The notes under the pieces: model-generated | Told to the model about the DNA's origin: nothing | Seen by the model: the letters and a program-made list of their open reading frames with translations, nothing else | Database searches by the model: none | In this document: positions 18,350 to 28,201 of the stretch, one piece after another | Position numbering within the stretch: the stretch's first letter is position 1 | Layout: each line of letters starts with the position of its first letter | Origin: Escherichia phage ECML-359 | DNA length: 64,000 nucleotides | Direction: 5' to 3' (one strand) | Sequence record: OL631482.1 | Position numbers and translations under genes: made by a program

Positions 18350-18417
18350 TTCAATCTCCTCAGTAGTTGATAGGGATAATATACAGCATTATCCCTTTGT
18401 TGTACACTATTTTAATG
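18350..18417 (-). promoter_or_regulatory. PeSL-like early promoter cassette
   Basis: GTGTACA ... TATATT within GGGATAAT/ATTATCCC inverted repeat ... ATCAACTACTGAGGAGATTGA. Confidence 0.6.
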
Positions 18418-18646
18418 CATCTTCCAGATAAATTTTGCGGAATTTGCGTTTTGTCTGACGAATCTGACGCTTGGTAGGTTTCACAGGAAATTCGAAGAAC
18501 TCTACGTATTCTTGTTCATAATCATTGTGGCCGACTGAAAGAACTAGTTCCCAGCTGCTTACGGTGCGTTGGATAAACATATTATGCTTACCAAAAGATT
18601 TATTCCAAAAAGAACTAGGGGTAGGTTTCATTAATGCGATATTCAT
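18407..18646 (-). CDS. hypothetical protein (79 aa, 61.4 position)
   Basis: Minus ORF. Confidence 0.4.
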   Translation of the reverse strand: MNIALMKPTPSSFWNKSFGKHNMFIQRTVSSWELVLSVGHNDYEQEYVEFFEFPVKPTKRQIRQTKRKFRKIYLEDALK

Positions 18647-18850
18647 TTAAATTTCCTCAATGCGGGCATCATATTCAAAAACTTTATTGTCATTAACAAA
18701 GGCTTTAACCAGCGCATTATTCACTTCTGCATACTGCACTGTAACCCATTCAATCATATTTTGGTCACTAACATCCAGCGCGGTTTCTTTGGTAAACATA
18801 TTACCATTTTCAAACCAACCAATAAATACTACGTTCTCTAATTTATACAT
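18647..18850 (-). CDS. dmd: Dmd-like protein (67 aa)
   Basis: Position between 61.4 and gene 41; N-terminal VVFIGWFENGNMFTKE reminiscent of T4 Dmd (from memory, unverified). Confidence 0.4.
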   Translation of the reverse strand: MYKLENVVFIGWFENGNMFTKETALDVSDQNMIEWVTVQYAEVNNALVKAFVNDNKVFEYDARIEEI

Positions 18851-19168
18851 TTAGATTTCCTCACAGAAGGCCCAGGCAGCGTGATAAACTGTTGCGCCTT
18901 TAGTATCATTTAAACAAACCACGTCAACCGGTGCAATCACACGATAAAGACGGGGTTCTCCTCCATATGAGCGAGCTGCTCTTCCTGCATAGATACGCGC
19001 CAAACCAATATCTTCAGTAAAAAACACACGCCCTAAATTTTTCTTACGTCCAACTTCTGACAGAACACCAGTTGCATCAGGAGGACAAAGCATATTTTGG
19101 ATTCCAGCATTAGAGCTTGACCCATGATAATAAACTTTGTATTCTGCCTTGCAATCAATGGTTTTCAT
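18851..19168 (-). CDS. hypothetical protein (105 aa) with own early promoter
   Basis: Minus ORF between dmd and gene 41; GGAGAATAAA site. Confidence 0.45.
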   Translation of the reverse strand: MKTIDCKAEYKVYYHGSSSNAGIQNMLCPPDATGVLSEVGRKKNLGRVFFTEDIGLARIYAGRAARSYGGEPRLYRVIAPVDVVCLNDTKGATVYHAAWAFCEEI

Positions 19169-19207
19169 TTTATTCTCCAGTAGTTGATAGGGTCATTATA
19201 ACATAAG
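19169..19207 (-). promoter_or_regulatory. PeSL-like early promoter (TTATAAT + conserved leader)
   Basis: TGTTATAATGACCCTATCAACTACTGGAGAATAAA directly after gene 41 terminator. Confidence 0.55.
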
Positions 19208-19228
19208 AAAAAGGGGCTGTAAGCCCCT
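19207..19228 (-). terminator. terminator hairpin AGGGGCT-gta-AGCCCCT with T run
   Basis: Downstream of gene 41 stop. Confidence 0.7.
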
Positions 19229-19239
19229 TTTAAAATATT

Positions 19240-20679
19240 TTAAAATTTCATTTGAGCAGCAAGGTCGTCCAGGTCGCTCCTGTTGACCCTGGTTTGTCGA
19301 TTCATTTCAGCCTGGCGATTCATCTCACCGGTGGCTTCTTTAACCGTAGGACCTTGTTTAGGAGCTGAATCATCATCAACCTCGTACCAGCGCTGATTAC
19401 CTTTCTTAACACCCATCTTGAATTTATTATAGTAGTTTTTATCGCCGTAACGAGACTTAAGCTGTTTGATTAACTGCAGTCCCATTTGAGCGAATTCTTC
19501 GGTCTCAACAACACCTAACATAAAGTCAGCTGTGTGAGCAATACCAAAGGATTCTGCGATGTCAGCCATATCAATCTCGGCTGCAACGTTCGCGCCCCTG
19601 GTTGTCTGCGCTGCAGTCCACAAGACCACATTTTTCTCGACTGCCAGACCACGAAGTTCTTCTGCAACCATCTTAATCAGACCGTAACTATTTTCGGTAA
19701 ACGTTTTCAGTCTTGAGCTCGCACAGATTGCCAGGTAGTCAACAATAATCACATCCGGTACAAACCCTTGCTTCAGTTTGTATTCATTCAGCAACGCGCG
19801 GAAGGTATCTGCATGAGCACCACCAGTTGGATATTGTTTTATCTTCAGAGTCCCAAGAGTCCCGGAAGCACGCCATTTTTCCATCTTAGCTTTATATTCC
19901 GCCCATGATATATGCCCTTCATCAATATCATCCAGAGACACATCCAGCAAGTTGGCATCAATACGTTTGGCACATACTTCTTCGGCCATTTCCATGCTTA
20001 TATAAAGAACGTTATGACCAGTCTGAAGATAGTCAGCAGCTAACGAACAAAGTCCAAGGGATTTACCGACGTTGGTCCCGGCCAGTAAAACGTTTTCTGT
20101 ACCATACTCAACTCCACCCTTCGTGATTTTATTCAGGATGTTAATGCGGAATGGAACCTTTTTCGATTTGTTCAGATAAGTCTGGAATCTAGCCTCGTAA
20201 TCGTTTAACCAGTCATGGCCGAGGGCAGAATCAAAACAGATAGATAATGCATCACGCATGATATCAGGGATAGCACCAATATCCGGGATTCGTTTATCAC
20301 GTTTATCTTTCGGAAGTTCGGCATTACTCTGGATTTCGATAATCCTGGATGTGGCATTGAACATCGCAGACTTCTGTACATACTTCTCGGTTTCTCTGAC
20401 CAACCATTCCTGGTCTTCTGGAGTATCGGCCAGGACTCCTAAGAGTTTCTTTGTGCCTTCGTATTCAACTTCAGAAAGGTCAGAACTGTCGAGCGCGATA
20501 TCAAGTGCAGTCTTAGTTGGCACCGCCTGATATTCTTTTACGTGTTCGTTAATCGTATTAAAAAGGGTCTTCGCTGGACCCTTTTCAAAATATGTGCTAT
20601 TCAGATATGGCCAGACTTTAACAAAATATTCCTTGTTAAAGAGTAGCTGGGATAAAATAGTTTCTACCACTTCCACCAC
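19240..20679 (-). CDS. 41: replicative DNA helicase gp41 (DnaB-like, 479 aa)
   Basis: DnaB-family Walker A/B region (GTNVGKS, VIIVDYL). Confidence 0.9.
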   Translation of the reverse strand: MVEVVETILSQLLFNKEYFVKVWPYLNSTYFEKGPAKTLFNTINEHVKEYQAVPTKTALDIALDSSDLSEVEYEGTKKLLGVLADTPEDQEWLVRETEKYVQKSAMFNATSRIIEIQSNAELPKDKRDKRIPDIGAIPDIMRDALSICFDSALGHDWLNDYEARFQTYLNKSKKVPFRINILNKITKGGVEYGTENVLLAGTNVGKSLGLCSLAADYLQTGHNVLYISMEMAEEVCAKRIDANLLDVSLDDIDEGHISWAEYKAKMEKWRASGTLGTLKIKQYPTGGAHADTFRALLNEYKLKQGFVPDVIIVDYLAICASSRLKTFTENSYGLIKMVAEELRGLAVEKNVVLWTAAQTTRGANVAAEIDMADIAESFGIAHTADFMLGVVETEEFAQMGLQLIKQLKSRYGDKNYYNKFKMGVKKGNQRWYEVDDDSAPKQGPTVKEATGEMNRQAEMNRQTRVNRSDLDDLAAQMKF

Positions 20680-21008
20680 CTCTTTTTCATTTTAATCTTA
20701 TCAATTTCATCTTGTATTTGCATTGTAACACACTTTTCTACATGCACTGCAAGCTCCGCTTTGCGGTCTTCAGAAGGGGTGCCGAAATCAACTGAAACTT
20801 TTCCCGATGGTTCAATTTTAATTCCGGTTACGTACACAATGTGATTGGACCCATCGGGGAGTGATAACAGAATTTCCTGTCGTACGGTTCCCATGGATTG
20901 CCGGATAATCTCCAAACTTTTTTCGTAGTAAGGCACAGAAGGAGCCTTAGCTCCCTCCGCATCTTTCTCGAAATTATCTAAATCAGATAAATCGATATCA
21001 TTCATCAA
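20664..21008 (-). CDS. 40: gp40-like protein (114 aa)
   Basis: Position between uvsX and 41 as in T4. Confidence 0.45.
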   Translation of the reverse strand: MMNDIDLSDLDNFEKDAEGAKAPSVPYYEKSLEIIRQSMGTVRQEILLSLPDGSNHIVYVTGIKIEPSGKVSVDFGTPSEDRKAELAVHVEKCVTMQIQDEIDKIKMKKRWWKW

Positions 21009-22176
21009 GGTCTTCCATCATATCTAAATCGTTTTCGATATCTGCCGCAGATGGTTTTGCCTTACCTTCAGGGGCAGAGTATTTTTCAACCTTGGAGGCA
21101 ATAAGCGCATCAACTTCGGCGTCAACAACAGCATTGCTATCGATTGCACCCAGCTGGTAATGTCGTTTGATTGCATCACGGAAAGGTTCGTGCTTGAACA
21201 ACGGACCCCAGAATTCGGTACAGTTAGTATCTTTTGCACGCCATGATTTTTCTTCGCGGACCATTTCACCGGTCTCAACATCAAGATATTCACGGTTATA
21301 CCAACCAACTTTCGGTTTCACCACAAATCCGATTTCCATTGCCATATCAAGCAGGCCAGAATACGGGTCAATACCACCATCGAATTTTACATCAATGAAG
21401 AATTTACTTTTCTCTTTGACCATACGAGATTTTTCGGCGTTCAGAACAAATTGGAAACCTTCAAGTTCTTTACCAGTTTCTTTAATCTGGCGTTTGCCGA
21501 TAATGAATACGGTGTCCGCAGAATACATAACACCTGTACCACCGGTCATAACGGTTTTGCTATACATCTCAATCGTCTCGATTGTATGGTTAACCGCGAC
21601 ACAAGGAATATCCTTGATACTAAAATATGGGGTAACAATACGGAACAGAGATTTCAGGGATTTAGCACGAGTCATATCGCCAACGACTTTTTCGTTCATC
21701 GCATCTTCTGTTTCTTTTTTAGACGCCATGTTACCGATTGAGTCAATGAAGATAATGACTTTTTCACCACGCTCAATTGCTTCAAGCTGGTTAACCATAT
21801 CAACTTTCAATTGTTCAACCGACTGGATTGGTGTGTGAATAACACGTTCCGGGTCAACTTTCATTGCACGAAGATATGCTTCTGTGATACCAAATTCTGA
21901 ATCATAGAACAAACAGATTGCATCGGGGTATTTGTTCATATATGCAGAGACCATCGTTAAACCCATATTGGATTTAAAGTGTTTTGACGGACCAGCAAAA
22001 ATAGTCAAACCTGACTGCATACCACCATCTAGTGCACCGCTGATTGCAATGTTCAGCATTGGGATTTTTGTACGAACTACATCTTTATCATTAAAGAACT
22101 TGGACTTGGTAAGAGTCGCAGTCATTTTGGATGTAGAAGCTTTAATCAAACGGGATTTCAAATCTGCAATAGACAT
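20998..22176 (-). CDS. uvsX: UvsX recombinase (RecA-like, 392 aa)
   Basis: RecA-fold Walker A GPSKHFKS; T4 UvsX size. Confidence 0.9.
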   Translation of the reverse strand: MSIADLKSRLIKASTSKMTATLTKSKFFNDKDVVRTKIPMLNIAISGALDGGMQSGLTIFAGPSKHFKSNMGLTMVSAYMNKYPDAICLFYDSEFGITEAYLRAMKVDPERVIHTPIQSVEQLKVDMVNQLEAIERGEKVIIFIDSIGNMASKKETEDAMNEKVVGDMTRAKSLKSLFRIVTPYFSIKDIPCVAVNHTIETIEMYSKTVMTGGTGVMYSADTVFIIGKRQIKETGKELEGFQFVLNAEKSRMVKEKSKFFIDVKFDGGIDPYSGLLDMAMEIGFVVKPKVGWYNREYLDVETGEMVREEKSWRAKDTNCTEFWGPLFKHEPFRDAIKRHYQLGAIDSNAVVDAEVDALIASKVEKYSAPEGKAKPSAADIENDLDMMEDLDE

Positions 22177-22261
22177 TCATTTTTTCCATAGGCACCATTA
22201 TATTTTTCTCACAGGTTTAAGATAGGATAATTATATCACTGTATTTTTAGAGCAATTAATG

Positions 22262-22765
22262 TTAGTTAATACCTTGACGTGCTTTCTCTTTAGCTACACA
22301 TTTATTAATATAGCTCAGACGGTTTTGAGCAGAACGCTGATACATATCGCGATACTCATTAGCTTTTGGAGAACCAGCCTCTGCTGCCTGATAAGCTTCC
22401 GCGCGCATGATGTTTATCTGCATATTGATGTATGACATGCAGACCTGTGAAATCTGGTTAACAGTATCCAGGTCATTTTGGCGCTTGGTTTCTGCTTCCA
22501 GTTTAGCAATGATTTCGTCATGCTTCGCAGCTTGTTCGCGTTTGTACTCAATTTCACGTTGAGCATATTTCGCGCAGTTATTTCCACATTGATTGTTGTC
22601 ACGTTTGTAGATAAGTCCAGTACCACCTTTGAAATCAAAGGAACCATTATGCACCTGACGGTCTGCAGCAATTCTTGCTTTACCAATCTCACTGGCATTA
22701 ACTACATCACCCTGGTAAGCACAACCGGATAGCAGCATAACAGCTGCGATAGCTAACTTTTTCAT
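22262..22765 (-). CDS. putative lipoprotein (about 167 aa from MKKLAIAAVMLLSGC)
   Basis: Lipobox LSGC; GAGGAA site; occupies the T4 beta-gt/42 slot. Confidence 0.5.
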   Translation of the reverse strand: MKKLAIAAVMLLSGCAYQGDVVNASEIGKARIAADRQVHNGSFDFKGGTGLIYKRDNNQCGNNCAKYAQREIEYKREQAAKHDEIIAKLEAETKRQNDLDTVNQISQVCMSYINMQINIMRAEAYQAAEAGSPKANEYRDMYQRSAQNRLSYINKCVAKEKARQGIN

Positions 22766-22775
22766 TTTATTTTCC

Positions 22776-22919
22776 TCAATTAAAACATTCATAACGGGCT
22801 TGGAGTCCCAAAAATACCCAACCCAAAATTAAAGTTGGAATCATATGCGGAGTCATTATTGCCCAATAGATTGACATACTAAAAAATGCAATCAGTACAA
22901 TAATTGTAATTATCTTCAT
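22776..22919 (-). CDS. small membrane protein (47 aa, imm.1-like)
   Basis: ATGA overlap with imm stop; hydrophobic MKIITIIVLIAFFSMSIYWAIM... Confidence 0.3.
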   Translation of the reverse strand: MKIITIIVLIAFFSMSIYWAIMTPHMIPTLILGWVFLGLQARYECFN

Positions 22920-23158
22920 TTGGTTTCCTTGATGATAATTAACTGTGCGTTTGATTTACGTTCAGCAACGAGTGCCCAAATAAACGCAATAAACCACCCA
23001 ACCATTGTCCAACCTAACAGAAGGTTAACAAAGAAGATTCCGCAATTACTTTTGGTTCCACGCAGTAGCGCGATAATCCACGGTAGAAAATAGGTCAGTG
23101 CAGCCAAGAAGAAAGAACCAGCACCAAGAACAACAGTACCCGCAATTAATGTTTCCAT
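22916..23158 (-). CDS. imm: Imm-like superinfection immunity membrane protein (80 aa)
   Basis: Two TM helices; adjacent to gene 43 as in T4. Confidence 0.5.
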   Translation of the reverse strand: METLIAGTVVLGAGSFFLAALTYFLPWIIALLRGTKSNCGIFFVNLLLGWTMVGWFIAFIWALVAERKSNAQLIIIKETK

Positions 23159-23230
23159 TTTAATATCCTTAAGTTAATCATCAGTAATTGATGGAGTAAT
23201 CATACGGCAATCCTTTGCCATTGTAAACAC

Positions 23231-25945
23231 TTAAAAATCAAACATATCAAAAAGAGATGCTTTTTTCTCGTAATCAACCTTAGCTGCTTCAGAGAACCCT
23301 GTCAATGGCTTAACAAAAGTCTTCTGGAACAGTGTGTTGTAGTCCATCCACTGCAAGACTTGGTCACGAATTTCAATCGGGAGTTCAATCCCTGATGGCC
23401 ATGCAATCACGGTTTCGCCAAACGGGTTACCAACTTTAAGAGGAAGTACATACACCTTTTCCCCTTCCATGATTTGTGGAACAGTCTTCATACCTTTAGT
23501 TGCACGCATGTAAGCGAGCACGCCTTTGATATGAGCTGGGCACTTAAATCCAGGGAAACCACCCTCATTATATTTCTGGATGTTGTTAACTGATGATACA
23601 CCTGCGATGGTCATGTAGTTAAGCTCATTAAATTCCTTGTTGAATTCCTTGAAGTATGTCTGCAGAGATTCTTCACCTTCTTGCAGCATACGGCGGATAC
23701 ATTCTTTCAGAGCTTTCTGACATGCTTTTGGTGTACTCGACTTTTGAGTTTCCAGGCCCATGATTTTCAGTTTCGGAACAGCGTATCGTGTGCCTTCCAT
23801 ATCGTACACGTTCAGAGCATAACGCTTCTTCGCCGTCCAGAATCCACCAACACCTTTAGAACCAAGTGGAGGACATGCAATCGCTTCACGGTCCATAAAC
23901 ATAAGGTGCTGTTTGTTGTTCATGTATTCAGCCAGCTCACGGAAAGCTTTATCGATTGCCGGTTCCAGACGGTCTTTCGCGAACTTGTCCATGAAGTCAA
24001 CCAGGTGGTTTGTATCGCGGAATTTAGATTCGCCACCAACCTTTTTAATCAGGTTATCGCACTGGATATAAATGGAGTCAGTATCGCCATAGAATACATA
24101 TGTTTCACCACTTGTACCACAAACACTATCAAAATATTCGTTAACTTTACGCTCAATCCACTGCAATGCAAGTTGTCCGAAAGATGTAATCGCGGTTGCA
24201 TTTCGCAGGTCAAAGTAACGGAACCAGATATTACCCAGAGCGCCATAACAACTGTTGATAAGCAGTTTACGGTTAATCTGTGCGGTCATGCCTGCGACTT
24301 CTTCCATCTGCGCTTTGTACAACATACCATTCAGAACTGTTTGATTCAGACCGTGCAAGGTTGTTTTCATATTGTCATCGAAGTCATAACGATAATCAAC
24401 TTCAGGCTCGGTTGTACCAGTTCCTGGATTACGCAGGGCTTCCTTAATCAGTTCACCATTACGTTGAGCCGCAAGCATATAACCTTTGTGCTCTTTACGC
24501 TGATTAAACACCTTGGTGACTTCTGTTGGAATAATACCCGCAACATCTTTAAAATACATCATACCGTTTGGAGCACAACTAAATGTATCAGATGGACGGT
24601 CAGCAGTTCCTGCAATGTATTCATACATCGGCGCTGGTGCAAATGACCCGGCAATCGTTTCTGGACTGATGTTAATCTGTCGGATGATGCTCGGATACAG
24701 AGATGTTAAGTCACAGCTCATAACGTATTTGTATGCGTTCGGAATAGGTTCCTTAACAAATGCACCTGGGAACGATTGACGAACATGCGATTTGGTTTCC
24801 GGAATGACTTTGTTTTGAGTCTTCAGGCTGTTAAAGATAATCGCATCCCAAGTTTTGATTGGGCTGAATACAGACTGAATCTGCATTTTTGCGTAATAAC
24901 CCATTGACTGGCTAAGGTTAATAAACTGGCGCTTACGGTCAATCTGTACAACACGATAAACATCGATGATGTTATAAGAAATATACCGTTGGTGATTTGA
25001 TTCACGCAGTTTAGAAATCGGACCATCATATGGGAGTTTACCAACACCCAGCTCAGATTCCGCAACATAATCCAACGAATAAGATGGCTGGTTTGTGAAG
25101 CTGAACTTTTTATACAGGTCCAGATAATCCAGAACAGAGATACCCAGAATCTGAATGATTTCTTGTTCTTCACCGAATCCGTTGTTAATGACCTTAACTT
25201 TTGTACGACGATGTGGACTCAGACGTTTTGCTGTAGCTTCACCAAACACATTTTTAAGGCGGTTGTAGATATATGGAATATCAAACTTCTCGATGTTCCA
25301 ACCAGTTAACATAACCGGAGTTTTCTCGTTCCAGAATACCAAATACTGCTGGAGCATTTCTTCTTCTGAATCGAAAGCCATATAAACAATTTTTTCCAGG
25401 ATTTCTTCAGGGACTTCATCGCCGCCATCTTCTTGCAGCTTAGCAGCAATATCGATAGACCATTGCTCCACAGTGGCGTATGGTGAGCTCAAAAGGTCAA
25501 AGACATAGAATTTATCGTCTACCGAATCATAGTGCGTCAGGGCATCAATAGGGTGACGTGCTTCAGACGGCTCAGGGAACCCATCAGGAGATGTCACCTC
25601 GATATCGAAGTTAGCCACACGGATTTTACTTGAATCGTATTTGATTTCGTGCGGGTAACGGTCGGACAAGTATGCGAGTTTAAAGTCATCCATACCCATA
25701 GCTTCGAGACCCATGTCATTCATTCGCTTCATCCACTGGGATGCATCACGCATGGAGTCGAATTCTTTTTTCACACAACCTTTATTATAGATGTCTGTAT
25801 ACTTTGCAGCCTGGTCTTCGCGGGCATGCATAAACAAGCATGGAGCATAAGGGATTTCACGAACACGTTCATGACCGTTCTTGTCAATGTATCGTTCGAG
25901 TAGATTGTCACCGATTTGTTCGATAGTTAAATAAAATTCTTGCAT
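23231..25945 (-). CDS. 43: DNA polymerase gp43 (family B, 904 aa)
   Basis: Exo motifs (FDIE), polymerase motifs (SLYPSII, YGDTDS). Confidence 0.95.
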   Translation of the reverse strand: MQEFYLTIEQIGDNLLERYIDKNGHERVREIPYAPCLFMHAREDQAAKYTDIYNKGCVKKEFDSMRDASQWMKRMNDMGLEAMGMDDFKLAYLSDRYPHEIKYDSSKIRVANFDIEVTSPDGFPEPSEARHPIDALTHYDSVDDKFYVFDLLSSPYATVEQWSIDIAAKLQEDGGDEVPEEILEKIVYMAFDSEEEMLQQYLVFWNEKTPVMLTGWNIEKFDIPYIYNRLKNVFGEATAKRLSPHRRTKVKVINNGFGEEQEIIQILGISVLDYLDLYKKFSFTNQPSYSLDYVAESELGVGKLPYDGPISKLRESNHQRYISYNIIDVYRVVQIDRKRQFINLSQSMGYYAKMQIQSVFSPIKTWDAIIFNSLKTQNKVIPETKSHVRQSFPGAFVKEPIPNAYKYVMSCDLTSLYPSIIRQINISPETIAGSFAPAPMYEYIAGTADRPSDTFSCAPNGMMYFKDVAGIIPTEVTKVFNQRKEHKGYMLAAQRNGELIKEALRNPGTGTTEPEVDYRYDFDDNMKTTLHGLNQTVLNGMLYKAQMEEVAGMTAQINRKLLINSCYGALGNIWFRYFDLRNATAITSFGQLALQWIERKVNEYFDSVCGTSGETYVFYGDTDSIYIQCDNLIKKVGGESKFRDTNHLVDFMDKFAKDRLEPAIDKAFRELAEYMNNKQHLMFMDREAIACPPLGSKGVGGFWTAKKRYALNVYDMEGTRYAVPKLKIMGLETQKSSTPKACQKALKECIRRMLQEGEESLQTYFKEFNKEFNELNYMTIAGVSSVNNIQKYNEGGFPGFKCPAHIKGVLAYMRATKGMKTVPQIMEGEKVYVLPLKVGNPFGETVIAWPSGIELPIEIRDQVLQWMDYNTLFQKTFVKPLTGFSEAAKVDYEKKASLFDMFDF

Positions 25946-26006
25946 TTGGTTTCCTTTATAGTCGAGTGATTGACTTTTGTTTTATGACTTGATGTTATTA
26001 TACTAC

Positions 26007-26022
26007 AAAAGGACCGAAGTCC
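26007..26022 (-). terminator. hairpin GGAC-cgaa-GTCC with T run (minus)
   Basis: Between gene 43 start and upstream ORF. Confidence 0.45.
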
Positions 26023-26029
26023 CTTTGCT

Positions 26030-26257
26030 TTAAATTTCTATTGTACGCCGTTCGATGGTTGGATTACCCTTTTCATCTTTAGTTCTAACCATAGCCTGGA
26101 AGGCTCTCTGTCCAGGATGCAATAATTTATTGAGTTCCTTTTGAAATTCTATTTGAAGTTCTTCGGAAAGGTCAAAAATAGTTTGAGTTGGGGAAAGTCC
26201 ATATATTTCTTTAAGGCGTTCGCATGTTTCAATTTCATGCTTCATATCAATTACCAA
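26030..26257 (-). CDS. hypothetical protein (75 aa)
   Basis: Minus ORF between regA and 43. Confidence 0.4.
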   Translation of the reverse strand: MVIDMKHEIETCERLKEIYGLSPTQTIFDLSEELQIEFQKELNKLLHPGQRAFQAMVRTKDEKGNPTIERRTIEI

Positions 26258-26615
26258 TTGTATATTTGGCTACGAGCTTCCAGTCGTCTTTTTGTTTAAA
26301 GGAGATAACACGGAAGTTGTTTGTTACTGCGAACAATTCATTATGCTCTTCTTCTTTGATAGTGATTAAGCCCCAGTCTTCGAGCAGTTGAGCAATGGAA
26401 TCACGGCGCTGATAGTCTTCACCATCAATATCTACCTGGCGACCATCCATACGCAGCATTTCTTTGAAGTGAACAATATAGTAACGACCTTGCTTCTGGA
26501 GGATGTGGCAGCTCTGGTACAGCACACGGTCTTTATTATTTGCGATGCCCATACGGGTCAGAGTTTCTTTAACTTTCAGGAAGTCTTCAGGTTGCTTTAA
26601 TGTAATTTCAATCAT
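26247..26615 (-). CDS. regA: RegA translational repressor (122 aa)
   Basis: Size and sequence pattern of T4 RegA; position next to 62. Confidence 0.85.
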   Translation of the reverse strand: MIEITLKQPEDFLKVKETLTRMGIANNKDRVLYQSCHILQKQGRYYIVHFKEMLRMDGRQVDIDGEDYQRRDSIAQLLEDWGLITIKEEEHNELFAVTNNFRVISFKQKDDWKLVAKYTIGN

Positions 26616-26616
26616 T

Positions 26617-27195
26617 TTACCATTCCAATATTTGTTTTTTAATTTCTTTTTGTTCTTTCACATTACTGGTAACGGTCTTTAAGAATTCATCCGTTACCAG
26701 ACCTTTTGTCTTTTTCAAAACATCTTTAAGACTACCTTTGACTTTCAATGTTTCCATATACATCAAAGCATCATCTGCATTAATTGTATAATATTTCATT
26801 AAAAGCTTTAACACAAGCTGGACGTTGACCGCATCCGGCTCAGCCTTTGCCCATTTGCCATAACGCTTGCCTTGTGGAACTGCATGCAGCAAATAATTAT
26901 AATGCTGTTGGTCTGTTAACCCGGAACCGATTAAGTTCATCACATTTACCTGCATGATACAATCGACATGTTGGCTCAATGCGTTTTCCAACCAGAATTT
27001 ATTGTAGTTTTCCGATTGAATCAGGTTTCGTGGTTTTTTACTAACGGTTATATCATTAAGAATCGCGAACAATTCATTTTCTGCTTTCTCTTTGTATGAA
27101 TCGGACAATTCCTGAATTTTGTTAAAGTCGCGTGATTTCCACGCAACCTCATGTTCGTTTAATTGAACGTCATCATCAAAGAGACTTACAGCCAT
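26617..27195 (-). CDS. 62: clamp loader small subunit gp62
   Basis: 192 aa ORF between regA and 44. Confidence 0.75.
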   Translation of the reverse strand: MAVSLFDDDVQLNEHEVAWKSRDFNKIQELSDSYKEKAENELFAILNDITVSKKPRNLIQSENYNKFWLENALSQHVDCIMQVNVMNLIGSGLTDQQHYNYLLHAVPQGKRYGKWAKAEPDAVNVQLVLKLLMKYYTINADDALMYMETLKVKGSLKDVLKKTKGLVTDEFLKTVTSNVKEQKEIKKQILEW

Positions 27196-28145
27196 TTCAT
27201 TTCCCCAGCCAGTTGAGCAAACAGATAAGTCAAGTGAACTTCGGTATTAGCTGCAATGCCATGGTACTGATTATTCTCACCCACAATCTCATACATACGG
27301 ATGATGCTTGCACCAGTCAGTTTGCCGTACATTTCATCAGCCAGCTTTGCAATGAAGTTTGAATAATCATTTGCATGCTTAGGAGCCAGACCACGGAGAA
27401 CTTTAAAGTTACGGTCCTTAAGGGCATCAATCACATCATCAATTGGCGTGCGATTGTTTGTCACGATACTCAGAATACCGGAATCGATAACACCCTTTGC
27501 AGAGTAACGGTCAAGCTCATTAATTGTCTTACGCAGGTCCGGGAAGTTATGCTTAACCAGAGCAGCAACAACTTTCAGGTCTTCGATTTCAACGCCTTCG
27601 TTTTTACATATCGCGACTGCACGATGAATCATCTCTTTCATCATAGTGGTCTGGTCAGCTGGAGTTGCTTCACCAAACTTAATTACGCGACAACGAGACT
27701 GCAACGGAGTGATGATGCCATCGATATTGTTCGCGGTCATAATGATTGAACAGTTGCTCGAATAAGCTTCCATAAAGCTACGAAGGTGTCGTTGTGATTC
27801 AGCCAGCCCCGCGCGGTCAAACTCATCGATAACGATTACCTTGCGGCGGCCTTCGATTGATTTAGATGATGCAAAGCGAGTCAATTCATTACGCACAAAG
27901 TCAATTCGGCAATCGGAGCCGTTAACAAACAGCATATCGGAATTCGTATCTGCGCACATAGCTTTTGCAACTGTCGTCTTACCAGTACCAGGGGAACTAC
28001 TGACCAGAATCAAGTTAGGAATCAAACCTTTTTTAACAATCGCCTCTAATGTTTCTTTATCATGAGCCGGGAGAATACACTCTGATAATGTGCCTGGGCG
28101 GTATTTTTGTTCCCACATGAATTCTTTGTCATTAACCGTTAACAT
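27186..28145 (-). CDS. 44: clamp loader large subunit gp44 (AAA+, 319 aa)
   Basis: Walker A SPGTGKTT, Walker B VIVIDEFD. Confidence 0.9.
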   Translation of the reverse strand: MLTVNDKEFMWEQKYRPGTLSECILPAHDKETLEAIVKKGLIPNLILVSSSPGTGKTTVAKAMCADTNSDMLFVNGSDCRIDFVRNELTRFASSKSIEGRRKVIVIDEFDRAGLAESQRHLRSFMEAYSSNCSIIMTANNIDGIITPLQSRCRVIKFGEATPADQTTMMKEMIHRAVAICKNEGVEIEDLKVVAALVKHNFPDLRKTINELDRYSAKGVIDSGILSIVTNNRTPIDDVIDALKDRNFKVLRGLAPKHANDYSNFIAKLADEMYGKLTGASIIRMYEIVGENNQYHGIAANTEVHLTYLFAQLAGEMKWL

Positions 28146-28201
28146 ATATTTTCCTCATATTAGTTTCTACTTTGTACTCCATGGGGCCGAAGCCCCATTT
28201 A

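Noticed and set aside
23681-24646. 321-aa plus-strand ORF
   Set aside because: Antisense to DNA polymerase gene 43; Cys/His-rich low-complexity translation; no start context.
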